DNA of 64,000 nucleotides from Daphnia carinata (Eukaryota): NCBI RefSeq assembly GCF_022539665.2, contig NC_081332.1, positions 4,402,001 to 4,466,000 of the forward strand, read 5' to 3'. Shown piece by piece: positions 42,037 to 53,749 of this stretch (position 1 is its first letter; each line of letters starts with the position of its first letter). The notes under the pieces were generated by a model. It saw only the letters and a program-made list of their open reading frames with translations, ran no database searches and was not told where the DNA came from. The position numbers and the translations under genes were made by a program.

Positions 42037-42393
42037 TTAGCCTCTGCAGCATCGTCCACCATTGCAGGTCTTGTAGATCAGATTACCAGCGCATTGAGTG
42101 CTGTTAGTGCATGAGGCTAAATCACCGCAAATAAAAAGGTACGTTTTTTTTTTCACTTCATTTTGAATCCTAACATTAAAAAACGAACTTACTAAGCCAT
42201 CTGCAGAAAAAGAAGAATTGATCCTCTTCACCAGCAGTGGGTTCGTTTTCGGTGGGTGCAGAGTTCGTGTAAACGACGGCCACCACAGCCAAAACACAGA
42301 CAAACAACTTAAAACGGAGGTAAATTCCACATTAGGATGTATTAACATTATGTTTGTAAATGATGTGGTACTTACGAAGAATTTCTGGAACAT
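42037..42393 (-). CDS. Small secreted six-cysteine prepro-peptide A (70 aa, defensin-like)
   Basis: Exons 42393-42376, 42307-42193, 42116-42037 with GTAAGT donors and matching phases. They give MFQKFFLFVCVLAVVAVVYTNSAPTENEPTAGEEDQFFFFCRWLTSCTNSTQCAGNLIYKTCNGGRCCRG*. A paralog with the same structure lies at 50316-50658. Confidence 0.85.
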   Translation of the reverse strand: MFQKFFVSTTSFTNIMLIHPNVEFTSVLSCLSVFWLWWPSFTRTLHPPKTNPLLVKRINSSFSADGLVSSFFNVRIQNEVKKKTYLFICGDLASCTNSTQCAGNLIYKTCNGGRCCRG

Positions 42394-42420
42394 TTTGTTA
42401 TCGCTGTAAATGCTGAACGA

Positions 42421-42460
42421 CGACTGATGCTTACCCCAGTTAAACCCTAAGCTTTTTATA
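42421..42460 (-). promoter_or_regulatory. TATA box and initiator of peptide gene A
   Basis: TATAAAAAG at 42460-42452, followed by GCATCAGTC (arthropod Inr-like) about 30 nt downstream. Peptide gene B has the same arrangement. Confidence 0.65.
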
Positions 42461-42827
42461 CCCATTTCCAATTGCCTTGTATATGTGGAATAACCTCAAT
42501 TCCCATTATCATACAGTCGCTATTGACTGAGAGTCATTTACAAGTGTCACACCGTACTTGTGACGAATTACGCGTACATATGTTAGTCTAAATGCCCACC
42601 GAATAACCAGAAAATAATTTGACTCATCGCCATATGTTACCCGTGTGTCATTTGCGGAGTCGTTTAATTGAACAGCTTCCCGGATTCAGTTTTGCCAAAT
42701 GTGGCAGAAAAATGGACCTTACGGATGCAGCTGATATTACGTAACGCCAAAAGTGGATCAGGTAAACTCTAGAACAATTTTTATTAGTTTAAGTCGGTAC
42801 CAATTTATGCGAAAGATTATTTTCTCT

Positions 42828-45465
42828 TTAAGATATCAAGTTACAAATGATTGAGAGAGGAGGAAAGCGTTCAATTAAGAAGATAATGAATGCTATTCCA
42901 CTTCCAATGGCTAAAATGATGAAAGCTCCTTGCAAATCAATCAGACTGAGACTTTTGGGCCCGGATTGTTTAACTTTTCCGCATTTACCATCTGATGGCG
43001 GCCAATAAAGCTTCTTCCAGTAAATACCAAGACCGGCTTCCACCATCTGCAGAATCCTGTCAAAGAAATAATGAACGTTTATTTCGTAAAACAGGTACGT
43101 GAAAATCAATTTACTTTTTATCCATAAATGGTTTCAGAGGACTGTTTTTCGGGAAAGCGAATGCGACATTGATCTTGAAAAATTCTTGCTGGGCAATACT
43201 TAATCGGCAAATACCCGTACGAGTATAATCATCATACATTAGTGACTCGAGATTTGATTTTCCCTATTAGATGTATCAAAATGGAATGGTACAGGCGGAT
43301 AGAAAAGAAACGCATTTATACCGCAATGTAAGCGTAGCTTCCACTTGTAACGTGATGGGCACCATCCTCGTTAACATTAATCAAGGATCCACGTTGGGGG
43401 TTCAATAATCCATCTGTTAAACGTAACGCAAACATAAAAATGCAGGATTATCTTAAGGGATTTTACCTCCGATAGTCTTGTACACTCCGGTTGTAGCTTC
43501 CTGTGTATAGGGAAAAGTGATGAAAAATGATATATTTAACTTTAACATGACTACTCACAAGAAAAAGGGTGTCCAAAGCTGTTCCTCTTTGTACAACCCA
43601 TTTGAGATGAGATCCTGGAAGTTCTTCTAGTTGGTTGATGATGGGTAAGAGTTTAGGAAAACGTAGGAAAGACATGAGGATCCCAATGTAAGCACTTGCA
43701 AACACAACAGAATTCAAACACCAAATAGCACCAAGGGAACGTGAAGAAAATCCTACAGAGGGCAGTTTCTGTCCAGCTATACAACGGTCAAAAACATAAG
43801 AAGGGATGAAAGAAATTCTTATGATATCCATGTTACACTGGCCAATGAGGACTCCAAGGATGAACAAGTATTGCTTAGTCAATGTTGAACGTCTCTCTTG
43901 GTAATGAATGGCAAACAAATTTGAATAGTGCCAGAGGATGATGGGTAGAATAATCGCAAACGACAACAAGGTAAGCCAAGTCTAAATCCAATTCAATTAC
44001 ATTAAAAATAATTATTTTAATTAAAATATAGTTAACCTCTAGACGGAATGGTTTCGTGCAAGCGAGTAAACGGTTCTCTTCTGCTGCTGGTGGGATAAGG
44101 ATAGCATTTCCATCTTCGTAGAATCCCACAGAAAAATCAACGACTTTAGATCGGGAGTGCGTGACAGAGAACGGACCTAGACCGATATCAACGACCTATA
44201 AAAAGTATTATTATATTCGTTAAAAAAATTAATAATTTTAATTGTTCTAGATCACCTGTTCAACGACCATTCCAATCATCCCATTCCAACTTCCATTCGG
44301 CATTTCCTTACCGAATGAATGATCGCTGGGCAGTATGAATTCATATCTGTTAATGAACACAGTTATTGGATTTGTAAGTAAATTGATCATAATGTAAACA
44401 TACGTGAGGTTGTACATGGTTTGCAGTAAGCGGACTATTTCATAACAGTATCCTTTATACCCAATAATACTTCCGTTTGGATGACGTTCGAAAATCACAA
44501 AAGGTGGTTCCTTTTTGCGAATGATAAATTTAATAGGTAAGATAATTGGTTTTAATTTTATAAATATTAATTACTTCCAGTAAAGTCAATCGCAGCTTTT
44601 TTCCTAGGAGCAAGTCGACATCCTTTGAAGGATTAAAATTATTGACTAGATGATTAGATTGATTCCCTTCAAACTCATTTGTTTGAGTGCATTCATGGAT
44701 TTCTCTAGTCAGACTATAAATAAAAATCAACACAAAGAAATCAATAATCTAATGCAACAACGTGGTAGGAAATTCTTGCCTGAAGTTTCTTTCAACCAGC
44801 AATTGTGTTTCTTTATCCATCAATGAATAGGACATCTTTTCTAGCCACACATTCAAAGAAAAAATGCCACAGAAGTCCCTGTAAGTTTCCTGAAAGAAGA
44901 GCAAATAATCCGATTGTTACGCAAAAGAAAAATGTCGGACTTGCATTCAGACGATAAAGTTGCAATCGTTCAGCTTTCAGTCCCGGTGTAGGAGATTGTG
45001 GACATGGAGAAAAATACAGACGGAGAATGGGTGCTATTGAAGACGATACAAAAGACTCGATGACGTCACCAATCACGCACGAAATGGTTGTTAGTACAAA
45101 TCCCTCGAGTTCAGGATCCTCCCCAACAGCTGAGTAACGATTGAAATTAAAAATCAATCCGAAAGATTAATGGGAAATACGTACATGTTAGCAGGGTATC
45201 GAATGCAATCTCATCAGAAGATATTTCAATGTGCGTGACATTTATTTGCGATGAGAAATCAATGAAGTTATCAAAAACGACAGCAATCCATAATTCATCG
45301 TGACTCTTCGGCCGGAGTAAATTGAATCCTTCATGTATGAAAGCTGGCAAAAGCGAATGTAAACAGCAATTACCTTATACAATTCAATAATTTACCTAAT
45401 TTGAAGCAGCAGGCATTCATCACGTGGATAATGATTAAAGAGAGCGTCAAAGTAATGCAATTCAT
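42828..45465 (-). CDS. Ionotropic receptor (variant iGluR / IR family, likely chemosensory)
   Basis: Signal-peptide first exon 45465-45396 (MNCITLTLSLIIIHVMNACCFKL). S1 motifs GYCYEIV, FGKEMPNGSWNGMIGMV and VGPFSVTHSRSKVVDFS; PFRLE-M1; M3 region SAYIGILMSFL; S2 motifs AFAFPKNSPL and MVEAGL..YW; M4 motif LSLIDLQGAF. Stop at 42828-42830. Confidence 0.88.
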
Positions 45466-47196
45466 TGCTATTCCAGTGACACAATAGAACTAGAAGTCGG
45501 TCTACCAAAGTCTTGTTGTTTAATGTCTCAAGTTTATTTAAACAATAACGATGTGAATGCGCAATAAAACTCGCCATAACGAAGACTTTATAGCCCATCA
45601 TTATTTTAAAAAGCGTCTTAAACCATATGCTCTTTTTCCCATCGTTACGTTTGAATTTTTCTTTTCCGTTGCGATACGTCAAATCGATAATGGCGGTGTC
45701 CCTGATACGTGACGTAATAGAGTGATAAAGGGGAAGGGATATGGTAAAAGAAAACGTATACCCTCCCCTACTTTTAGTGCTGTTCCAGCCGCCTCCTGCA
45801 TGTAGTTCTCAGAGGGAGATCCATTATTTCTAGGAAGCCCATGTACCGTCAAAGAATAATGGAGTAGGGTGTACATATTAGAGGGTTCTGTCCATGTAAA
45901 TGGAGGGTACGTGTTTTTATGTAACCAAACCCAACAAGGGTACTGGTGTAGGGAGCCAAAATTTATGTATTTTCTTTTTACTATTTTATTCCTCGCTGCA
46001 TAGTAGAATCATAACCTAATGTGAATTTATCCAAAAACTGTACTTATTATTATTGCACAATTTCGGATTTCCACAAATGATTCTCTGATGCGAACTATTT
46101 TTTTGCCTTAACGGAATTTTAGAAATATTTGCATTCACGCAGCTGAACACGAGAGATATTTGGACACCTGTTAAGCTTCTATTTATTTTATTAATTGGAA
46201 CTCTGCGTCTACTGTGTTGACATATCGAACAACTGTCTGTCCGCCCAAGGACAAGCCCAAAATTTGATTGATACATGTTAGTCTGTGTAGAACATGTCCA
46301 CCATTTTAAGCCTCCCCCGGATTCGTAAAGCCCCGACATTCACGAGCATGTCGTGATATCGATATTAAAGCCGATCGACTGTGTGCAAAGGAGGCACATG
46401 AATATGGAACACATGTCAACTGTAATGCGTCATCTTTAGAACACATACGCATTGAATTTAATCGTATTTACTATTACACAACTGATCTGGTGTCAACATG
46501 AACTAAATCAGGGGATGATACTCAACTAGGACTAGCCTTAATGTCAACAAATGGGCTCATTAGAGAAATGCCACATGCGTTACTACTGGAATAAGGCTAT
46601 ATATCCGCTTTTAATTGCCATACTATCCTTTTAATCAATACGTAATTAGTTCGACGGAATTAATATGCCCTAATTTGACCTGTTTTGTTAGGGATAAGGT
46701 GAAAATATGCCAAAACGTTATTGCCGTAATTTGAGAATAAGCAATCACTTTCATAAAATATCAAATAAATTTTGTGTAATTTTTACATATCATCGATTAT
46801 TCTATTGGGATTTAATCAGTGAAAAAAAATTTGTTTTTCTCAAAAAGTAGTTGATTTGCATTTGAAAGAGAAAATATTGATCTTTCCCATGGGTACCCAT
46901 AACGATTTCAACATTTTCACGTAAATTTTCAGAGGAGAGGTTGGATTCGTACCCTTCCTCCTTTACACGTGTCGTCATACTAATGGGTTGTCAAGGTCTC
47001 TCGGGTTTTCGCAATAATTAGTGACGCATCAATATTTCAAAAAGGACTGACCTTGGATTTTTCAACGCATGTGAAAAAAACAACTTGTCCTCATTTGGCG
47101 CCACGAATGTTACCCATTCTCTTACACGTGTATTTTTTATCTGAACAAAGAGAAACAGTAGACGCGGGTAATTGAAAGTAATGCAATTCTATTCGT

Positions 47197-49584
47197 TTAT
47201 TTAAACAAATGATCGTTGATGGACATGCTGTCAGTTGAAATTAAAGCACCTAAGTACACAGAATTAGTAAATTAACATTTGATAGAAATCTGTTAAAACT
47301 GACCAGCAACACAGGCGTTCATGAAATTCGCCATACTTCCAGCAACGAATGCACGAAAAGCAACTTGAGCAAAATCTGATTGTCGTCCGGGAGCCATTGC
47401 AGATAAAGTGCCAATTTGGGCTCCAATCGAACCGGGATTTGCATAACCACATAAAGCAAAAGTAGCTATAGTTTCAGATCGTTTCTATAGAATATATATT
47501 TTAATTAGAATTGATGTTTTATTACTATATTTTTTCTTTACCGAGATGGCGCCCTGTGCAATATATTCAGAAAGTTTTCCATAAGCAGCGAATTCATTGA
47601 CAACTGTTTTAATTGCCACCAGATTTGCAACGAGATAACATTCAGATGATGGAACACCCATCAACCAAGCTATTGGAATGAAGAGTTTACTCAGAATCCA
47701 CTGTGTATAATCAATTCATTAATGCTTATAAATCCCATTTTAAAATCAATCGTACTCTTTTACTTCAAATGTTATGTAGGGTACTCCAAGAAGGTTACCG
47801 AACCAAGAGATAACTCCATTAAGGAAAGCAATAAACGCTAAGAAGGCAATTAAATTTGCGATCACGTGAGCTACCATTAACACTGCCATAGCAGCACCTT
47901 GTGCTGCTGCATCAAGAGCATTAGCTTCGGATCTACATTTTTCCCCAGTAAAAATAATGTAATAAATATTTAGAAAACACATTTTAAGCTAACCCTTTTG
48001 GCACTTTAATGTCACGAGCTTTCGTTTGCGATTTTTCTGTTTCAGGGTAGAGCAATTTAGATACAGCAAGAGCAGCCGGTGCGGCCATGACAGATGCACT
48101 GAGTAACTGCGAAGCACTAATTCCAAAAGCAGTGTACGCCGCCAAATCAGATCCTAGAAAGTTTAAATTGATTTGTTAGCACTGTAACAGATGTGTTGAA
48201 AGTGCTCAACCTGCTATTGTTGCGAATCCCGCTGTGAAAACGGCGTGAATTTCTGATTTCGTCATCTTGGAAAGAAAAGGTTTAATCAGGAGTGGAGCTT
48301 CCGTCTGTCGAAGAAAACAAAAGCAAGACGTTCAGAAAGCAGAAAAGCGAATGTTTGTGGGTGAGAAAGAATACCTGGCCTAAAAAGATATTGGCGGCCG
48401 CGTTCATCGACTCGGCGGCTGTTGTGCCAACTGAAATTTGTAGAAGCCATCCGAGTTTCTCTACTGTCCATTGCATTGCACCGTAATAATAGAGGAGGTT
48501 GATCAAGAAACTAAAAAAGTAGATGACCGACAAGATCTGCCAAGAGAAGGTACATACAGTTGAAATCTACAAATGTTTAATTATGATTGAATGTAACAGT
48601 GGAACGCATACTCTGAAAGCAAAAATGGTTCCCAACGCTATTCCGGAAGCATTTTGATCACTGGCGAGGTAGCCATAAACGAACTCTGATCCAGCAACGG
48701 AATAATCCAGAAGGAGAGAAAATTTGCTACCTAAACATTCAAATGTTCTCCGGCCGAAATCCCATCGTAAAACGATAAGACCAAAGATCAACTGCAGTGC
48801 CATGCCCCATACAACATGTCTCCAGATCACCTGTGCATCACAAACATTCGTGGAAGTAAGTCTGACAAGGAAAATTGAGAAGCTAAAATTTCTTACTCTA
48901 GATGGATATTTGGAGAAGATCCATCCAAGTAGCAAGAAGATAAGCAGTCCACCAAAGGATTGCAATCGAACTCGTTCATCCGCCGTGTCAAGAATTAAGA
49001 AGGTTAACAATCCAGCCAATAGGACGAGGTAAAAACCGTATCGAATCCAACTGTCATAATCAATTTAACTTCAATTTGTTTGCTAATTTTCAGAAGCTCT
49101 TAGTTACGAAAACTCACCTGTATTTCCATGCCCGGTCGAATGCCTTTCCTGCCGGCTTCATGACTGCTCGATTAAGTGATTTGCCCCAAAACTTCTTAAC
49201 AATTTGAAAGTAAAACAGGCCTAAATAAACGGTGAGCGTAATGACGATAAGGAAACCGACTCCGTCGCACCAATCCATCGGGATGCCATTGTGGATGGAA
49301 TAGTGAACACTGGCAACGAAGTAAACATTGTAAAGAATAGCGAAGATGATGTAGAAAATACTACGAGCAACAGCTGATCTTTCCGAGAAGAAATCGCCTA
49401 ATGCAACCCACAATTTCTCCAAAGCATTTCCAACAAATTCACAGGATTCTTTTGGTAATTCGTCATCACTGGCCGCTGCATTCCACTGCGTGTCACTTTT
49501 TGCTGGTAATTCAAAGTCCTTGGCAGCAAACGTTGGCACATTGTCAACGTGGATCGGCGTCTTCGTATCCGAATCCCGTTCCAT
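47197..49584 (-). CDS. Concentrative nucleoside transporter (SLC28/CNT) paralog 3, with divergent binding-site residues
   Basis: ATG at 49584 (MERDSD, matching MERGVD of paralog 4). Full set of CNT exons with [17 protein letters not shown] and [11 protein letters not shown]. Last exon 47249-47197. Confidence 0.92.
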
Positions 49585-50315
49585 TTGTACATCAATAACG
49601 TCAGATATGCTTTCAATGGTCACTCTTTTCTTGCTATTAATTTTTACAAATAGAAATGGCCACTACTTACAATATCGCCAGCCCGATGTGTACATAGATC
49701 CTCTCATTGAAGCTGTGGTATCTTTTACCTAAAGTTAGATTGTGGACAACCGAAAAGCTGGTACAAAAGTCATTGTAAAGGTATTAATTAGACTAAGATA
49801 AATCGGTTAACTGATAAGGTTGTTGTTTGACTTCCATAATCAGCTTTGAACAACGATGAGCTTTGTTAAGAAAACGAAAATTATCGGTAGTGTCCTTATA
49901 AAGCAATCTTTTGATTGGGAAAATTGTTTAATCGCACTTTAAAACGATTGTTGAACTCCAAAATAATGTCTAAAAGTAATCGATTATTCATCTAAATATC
50001 TTACCCTTTTTCTAGAAGCAATTTCCAAATGGGATGGGTTCCGTACCCAGCCTCCTACATCGTTTTTCCCTCTTTTCTATAATCCTTCCAAACAAAACAA
50101 AGAAGATAAAAGGATGCTAATACTTTATTGTATTTCCAGTAGCGTTTTGAAACTGCTGACGAACAGAAGCAAATTGCACGTAACGGATCCCCACGTGTGT
50201 GAAACACTTTAGAAAATGGGGAAACTTAAAGGAAAAAGACGAAATAAATGTTTAAAGTGTCAATCAAGTGGTCGTCCTTATGCCTGGAATTTAAATAGTT
50301 CGATAAACCAAGTGT

Positions 50316-50658
50316 TTACAGGCAGCACTGTTTGCTGCCGAACAAGTTGCTGCGGCAAGTCTTGTAAATCAAGTTGCTGGCACAGTCCGTGCTGTTGAAG
50401 CAGGAAGCTGATCAACAAAATTCATCATCACAAAGGTAAGTGAAAATTTATGAACAATCTGTTACTTACAAAAGGGTTTGCAAAAGGTCTGATCAGTCTC
50501 TCCAGCATCCTCAGGGGTAGGTAGGCTGTTAGTGTAAACAATGGCAACCATAGCCAAAACAAAGGCAAAGAGCTAAACAAAATAGACGTTTTTTTTTAAA
50601 GCTTTTGAATTTCGGTAATTTTATGAGATAGGCTACTTACGAAGAGTTTCTGGAACAT
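50316..50658 (-). CDS. Small secreted six-cysteine prepro-peptide B (70 aa, defensin-like)
   Basis: Exons 50658-50641, 50572-50470, 50407-50316 give MFQKLFLFAFVLAMVAIVYTNSLPTPEDAGETDQTFCKPFSSCFNSTDCASNLIYKTCRSNLFGSKQCCL*. Intron positions and phases are identical to peptide A. AATAAA at 50129-50124. Confidence 0.85.
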
Positions 50659-50694
50659 TTTTTAAGGTTTGTTGATGTAGATTTGTCTGACTGA

Positions 50695-50734
50695 CAGTGA
50701 TGCTTTTTCAGTGCAACAACTATGGCTTTATATA
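50695..50734 (-). promoter_or_regulatory. TATA box and initiator of peptide gene B
   Basis: TATATAAAG at 50734-50726 and GCATCACTG at 50703-50695, nearly the same spacing as in gene A. Confidence 0.65.
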
Positions 50735-51270
50735 GTGAATCTGAGTACAGCATTTTAACAGGCCACGTATACAGTCGCGTTTGTATCATTTCATCAGGTG
50801 GTTCAACCAGTATGTGACCTATTTACTATAACAATATGCTGTTGTTGACATTAAGTCTAATTATTTTGGGTAAATAGTTTTGTCACTGACTAAATGCGCA
50901 TCTTTTTGTAAGCCCGGCCACAGTATGGGGTCACATCTGTTGGAAAAACCTGGAATTCGTTGCATTGCATGTTGTTGAAGGCTTAATCAAATAACGTGAC
51001 TCATTTGATTGGCTGCTGAAACCGAATGTGGTAAACAGAAATTTTTAGACCAGACAATTCGTGGCGCCACGATGGGTCTTTTGTGACAAATATTGATTAG
51101 ACATACTTTTAGGAACGTGCGATGTATGCCTCAGGTGTTTTTGGCTACCAGTTGGCAATTCGTTTAGAACTAGGAGAGTCTTCTATGATTTTGTTTCATA
51201 CAATAAAAATCCGTTTATTTCTCTTTGTTTTTTTGTTCGAACACGAATCTCAATTGTACATGACCGGTGA

Positions 51271-53749
51271 CTAAGAATTGAAACCCATTATGGCGGTAAT
51301 GTTTGGCGTAAAGGTGAGCGTTGAAGGTGCGTAGGTCGTCGATAAGGGCACGTTCGAGACCGTTGATATCAAAGTACCTATATTGTTTTTGCGTTTAGAA
51401 ATGAAAAAAAAAATTAAATCGCTAATTGGAATTTATCTAATGACTGACCAGCAACGCAAGCGTTCATGAACGAGGCTGTACTGCCGGCAATAAAAGCTCG
51501 AAACGCAACTTGGGCCAGGTCTGATTGCCTATCGGGAGCCATAGTAGCAAGCGCAGCAATTTGAGTCCCGATTGAGCCGGGATTGGCAAATCCACACAAA
51601 GCAAACGTAGCAATTGTTTCGGATCGTTTCTAAAATAAAATCACGGGTCAGATTTTAACGTTTCAATTTTTAAAATTGGGTTTTACCGAAATGATCCCTT
51701 GAGCAATGTATTCGGATAATTTGCTGTATGCGGCAAATTCATTGACAATTGTTTTGAGCGCAATCAAGTTGGCAACAAGATAGCATTCTTCCGGTGCAAC
51801 TCCCATTAAAAAGGCAACCGGGATGAATACTTTGCCCATAATCCACTAAATTAAATTCAAAATTTGTTTTTTTAGTAAATGAATGACGCGTAAAGTATTC
51901 GTATATACTTCAAAGGTAACGTAGGGCGCCCCGAGTAGATTTCCGTACCACGAGATGACTCCATTAAGAAAAGCGATAAACGCTAAAAAGGCAATTAAAT
52001 TTGCGATAATGTTAGCCACTAAAAACACCGCGTTAGCCGCTCCTTGTGCTGCTGCGTCCAATGCGTTCGCTTCGGTTCTAGAAATTTTAAAAAGTTTAAA
52101 TTAAATGCGGTAAAATCTTTTGAAATGTGTACTGACCCTTTAGGCACTTTGATGTCTCCAGCTTTTGTTTGAGATTTTTCCGTTTCTGGGTAAAACAATT
52201 TGGCAAGGGCGAGAGCAGCCGGTGCGGCCATAACAGATGCGCTGAGTAGCTGCGAGGCGCTGATTCCGAAGCTGATGTACGCCGCCAATACGGATCCTTT
52301 CCGATTGTTTGAATTTTTTTTTAACGCTATTTTTAATTGCATTAAGAAGCAAGTGAACCTGCTATTGTGGCAAACCCGCCGACCATCACTGCGTGAATTT
52401 CAGATTTCGTCATTTTTGGAAGGAATGGCCTGATGAGTAGCGGCGCTTCAGTCTAATGTCACAATTTAAAATTTAAAGTTGAAGATCTCAAATGTTTTTA
52501 CGAGAAAGAGTAGAAAAACCTGGCCTAAAAAGATGTTGGCGGCCGCGTTCATCGATTCGGCTGCTGTCGTACCGACGGACACTTGCAATAGCCATCCGAG
52601 TTTTTGCACGACCCATTGCATAACACCGTAATAATACAAGATGTTGACGAAGAAGCTGAAAAAAAAGATGACCGACAAAATCTGTGGGAATGCAAGAATT
52701 ATTTAAATTTTTTTGGGAGGAGGAGATTATAAATATATTGAGATAAGTTACTTTGAAGGCAAAAATTGTTCCCAATGCAATGCCAGAAGTGTTTTGATCA
52801 GTGACAAGATATCCGTAAACGAAACCCGAGCCCGCGTTTGTGTAATCGAGGAAAGTGGTAACTTTCTGTCCCAGACATTCGAAAACTCTGCGCCCAAAGT
52901 CCCATCGTAAAACGATTAGACCAAACATCAGTTGCAACGTTATGCCCCACATGACGTGTCTCCATATCACCTTTTTAAAAATCGAAATCAAAAACGAAGG
53001 TTTTGAATTAAGAGTTTAATCGGACTTACTCTGGATGGATATTTGGAAAAGATCCAACTGAGCAGCAAAAAAACGAGAAGACCTCCAAAGGATTGCAATC
53101 GAACTCGTTCATCCGCCGTATCGATAATTAAGAAGGTCAATAATCCAGCAATTAGGACGAGGTAAAAACCGTATCGAACCAAACTGGAACCAAATCAATT
53201 CAACTTTGAATTTGTTTGCTAAATTTTAATTACGAAAACTCACCTGTACTTCCAGGCTCGATCGAATGCCTTTCCGGCCGGTTTTATAACTGCTCGATTA
53301 AGTGATTTGCCCCAAAATTTCTTAACGATTTGGAAATAAAAGAGGCCTAGATAAATGATGCCCGTCAGGACGATAAGAAAACCGACTCCGTCGCACCAAT
53401 CTATTGGAATGCCATTGCGGATGGAATAGTGAACACTAGCAACGAAGTAAACATTGTAAAGAATAGCGAAGATGATGTAGAAGATACTACGGGCAGCAGC
53501 TGATCTTTCCGAAAAGAAATCGCCCGACTTTGTCCAGAATTTCTCCAACGCATTTCCGATAAATTCACAGGATTGGTCAGGTGGCTCGTCATCACTGTCA
53601 TGTTCATTCGACTGGGTGTCACTTTTTGATGATAAATCAAAGTCCTTGACGGCTAGTGTTGACAAATCTTCAATACGGATCGATCTCTTTTTTTCCAGAC
53701 CACCTTCCATTTCAATATCCAAACCGGCGTTATCGACTCCCCGTTCCAT
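51271..53749 (-). CDS. Concentrative nucleoside transporter (SLC28/CNT) paralog 4
   Basis: ATG at 53749. Motifs [37 protein letters not shown] and [11 protein letters not shown]. Last exon 51377-51271. A 5' UTR acceptor lies near 53782 and a candidate donor near 54338. Confidence 0.95.

Noticed and set aside
45392..45682. ORF-track frame as the IR first exon
   Set aside because: Splicing in this frame hits a stop straight after the next acceptor. The alternative frame from ATG 45465 gives a signal peptide and the correct phase.
50216..50398. Plus-strand Cys-rich, metallothionein-looking ORF
   Set aside because: It is the antisense shadow of peptide B's last exon. The minus strand has the splice sites, signal peptide, TATA box and a paralog.
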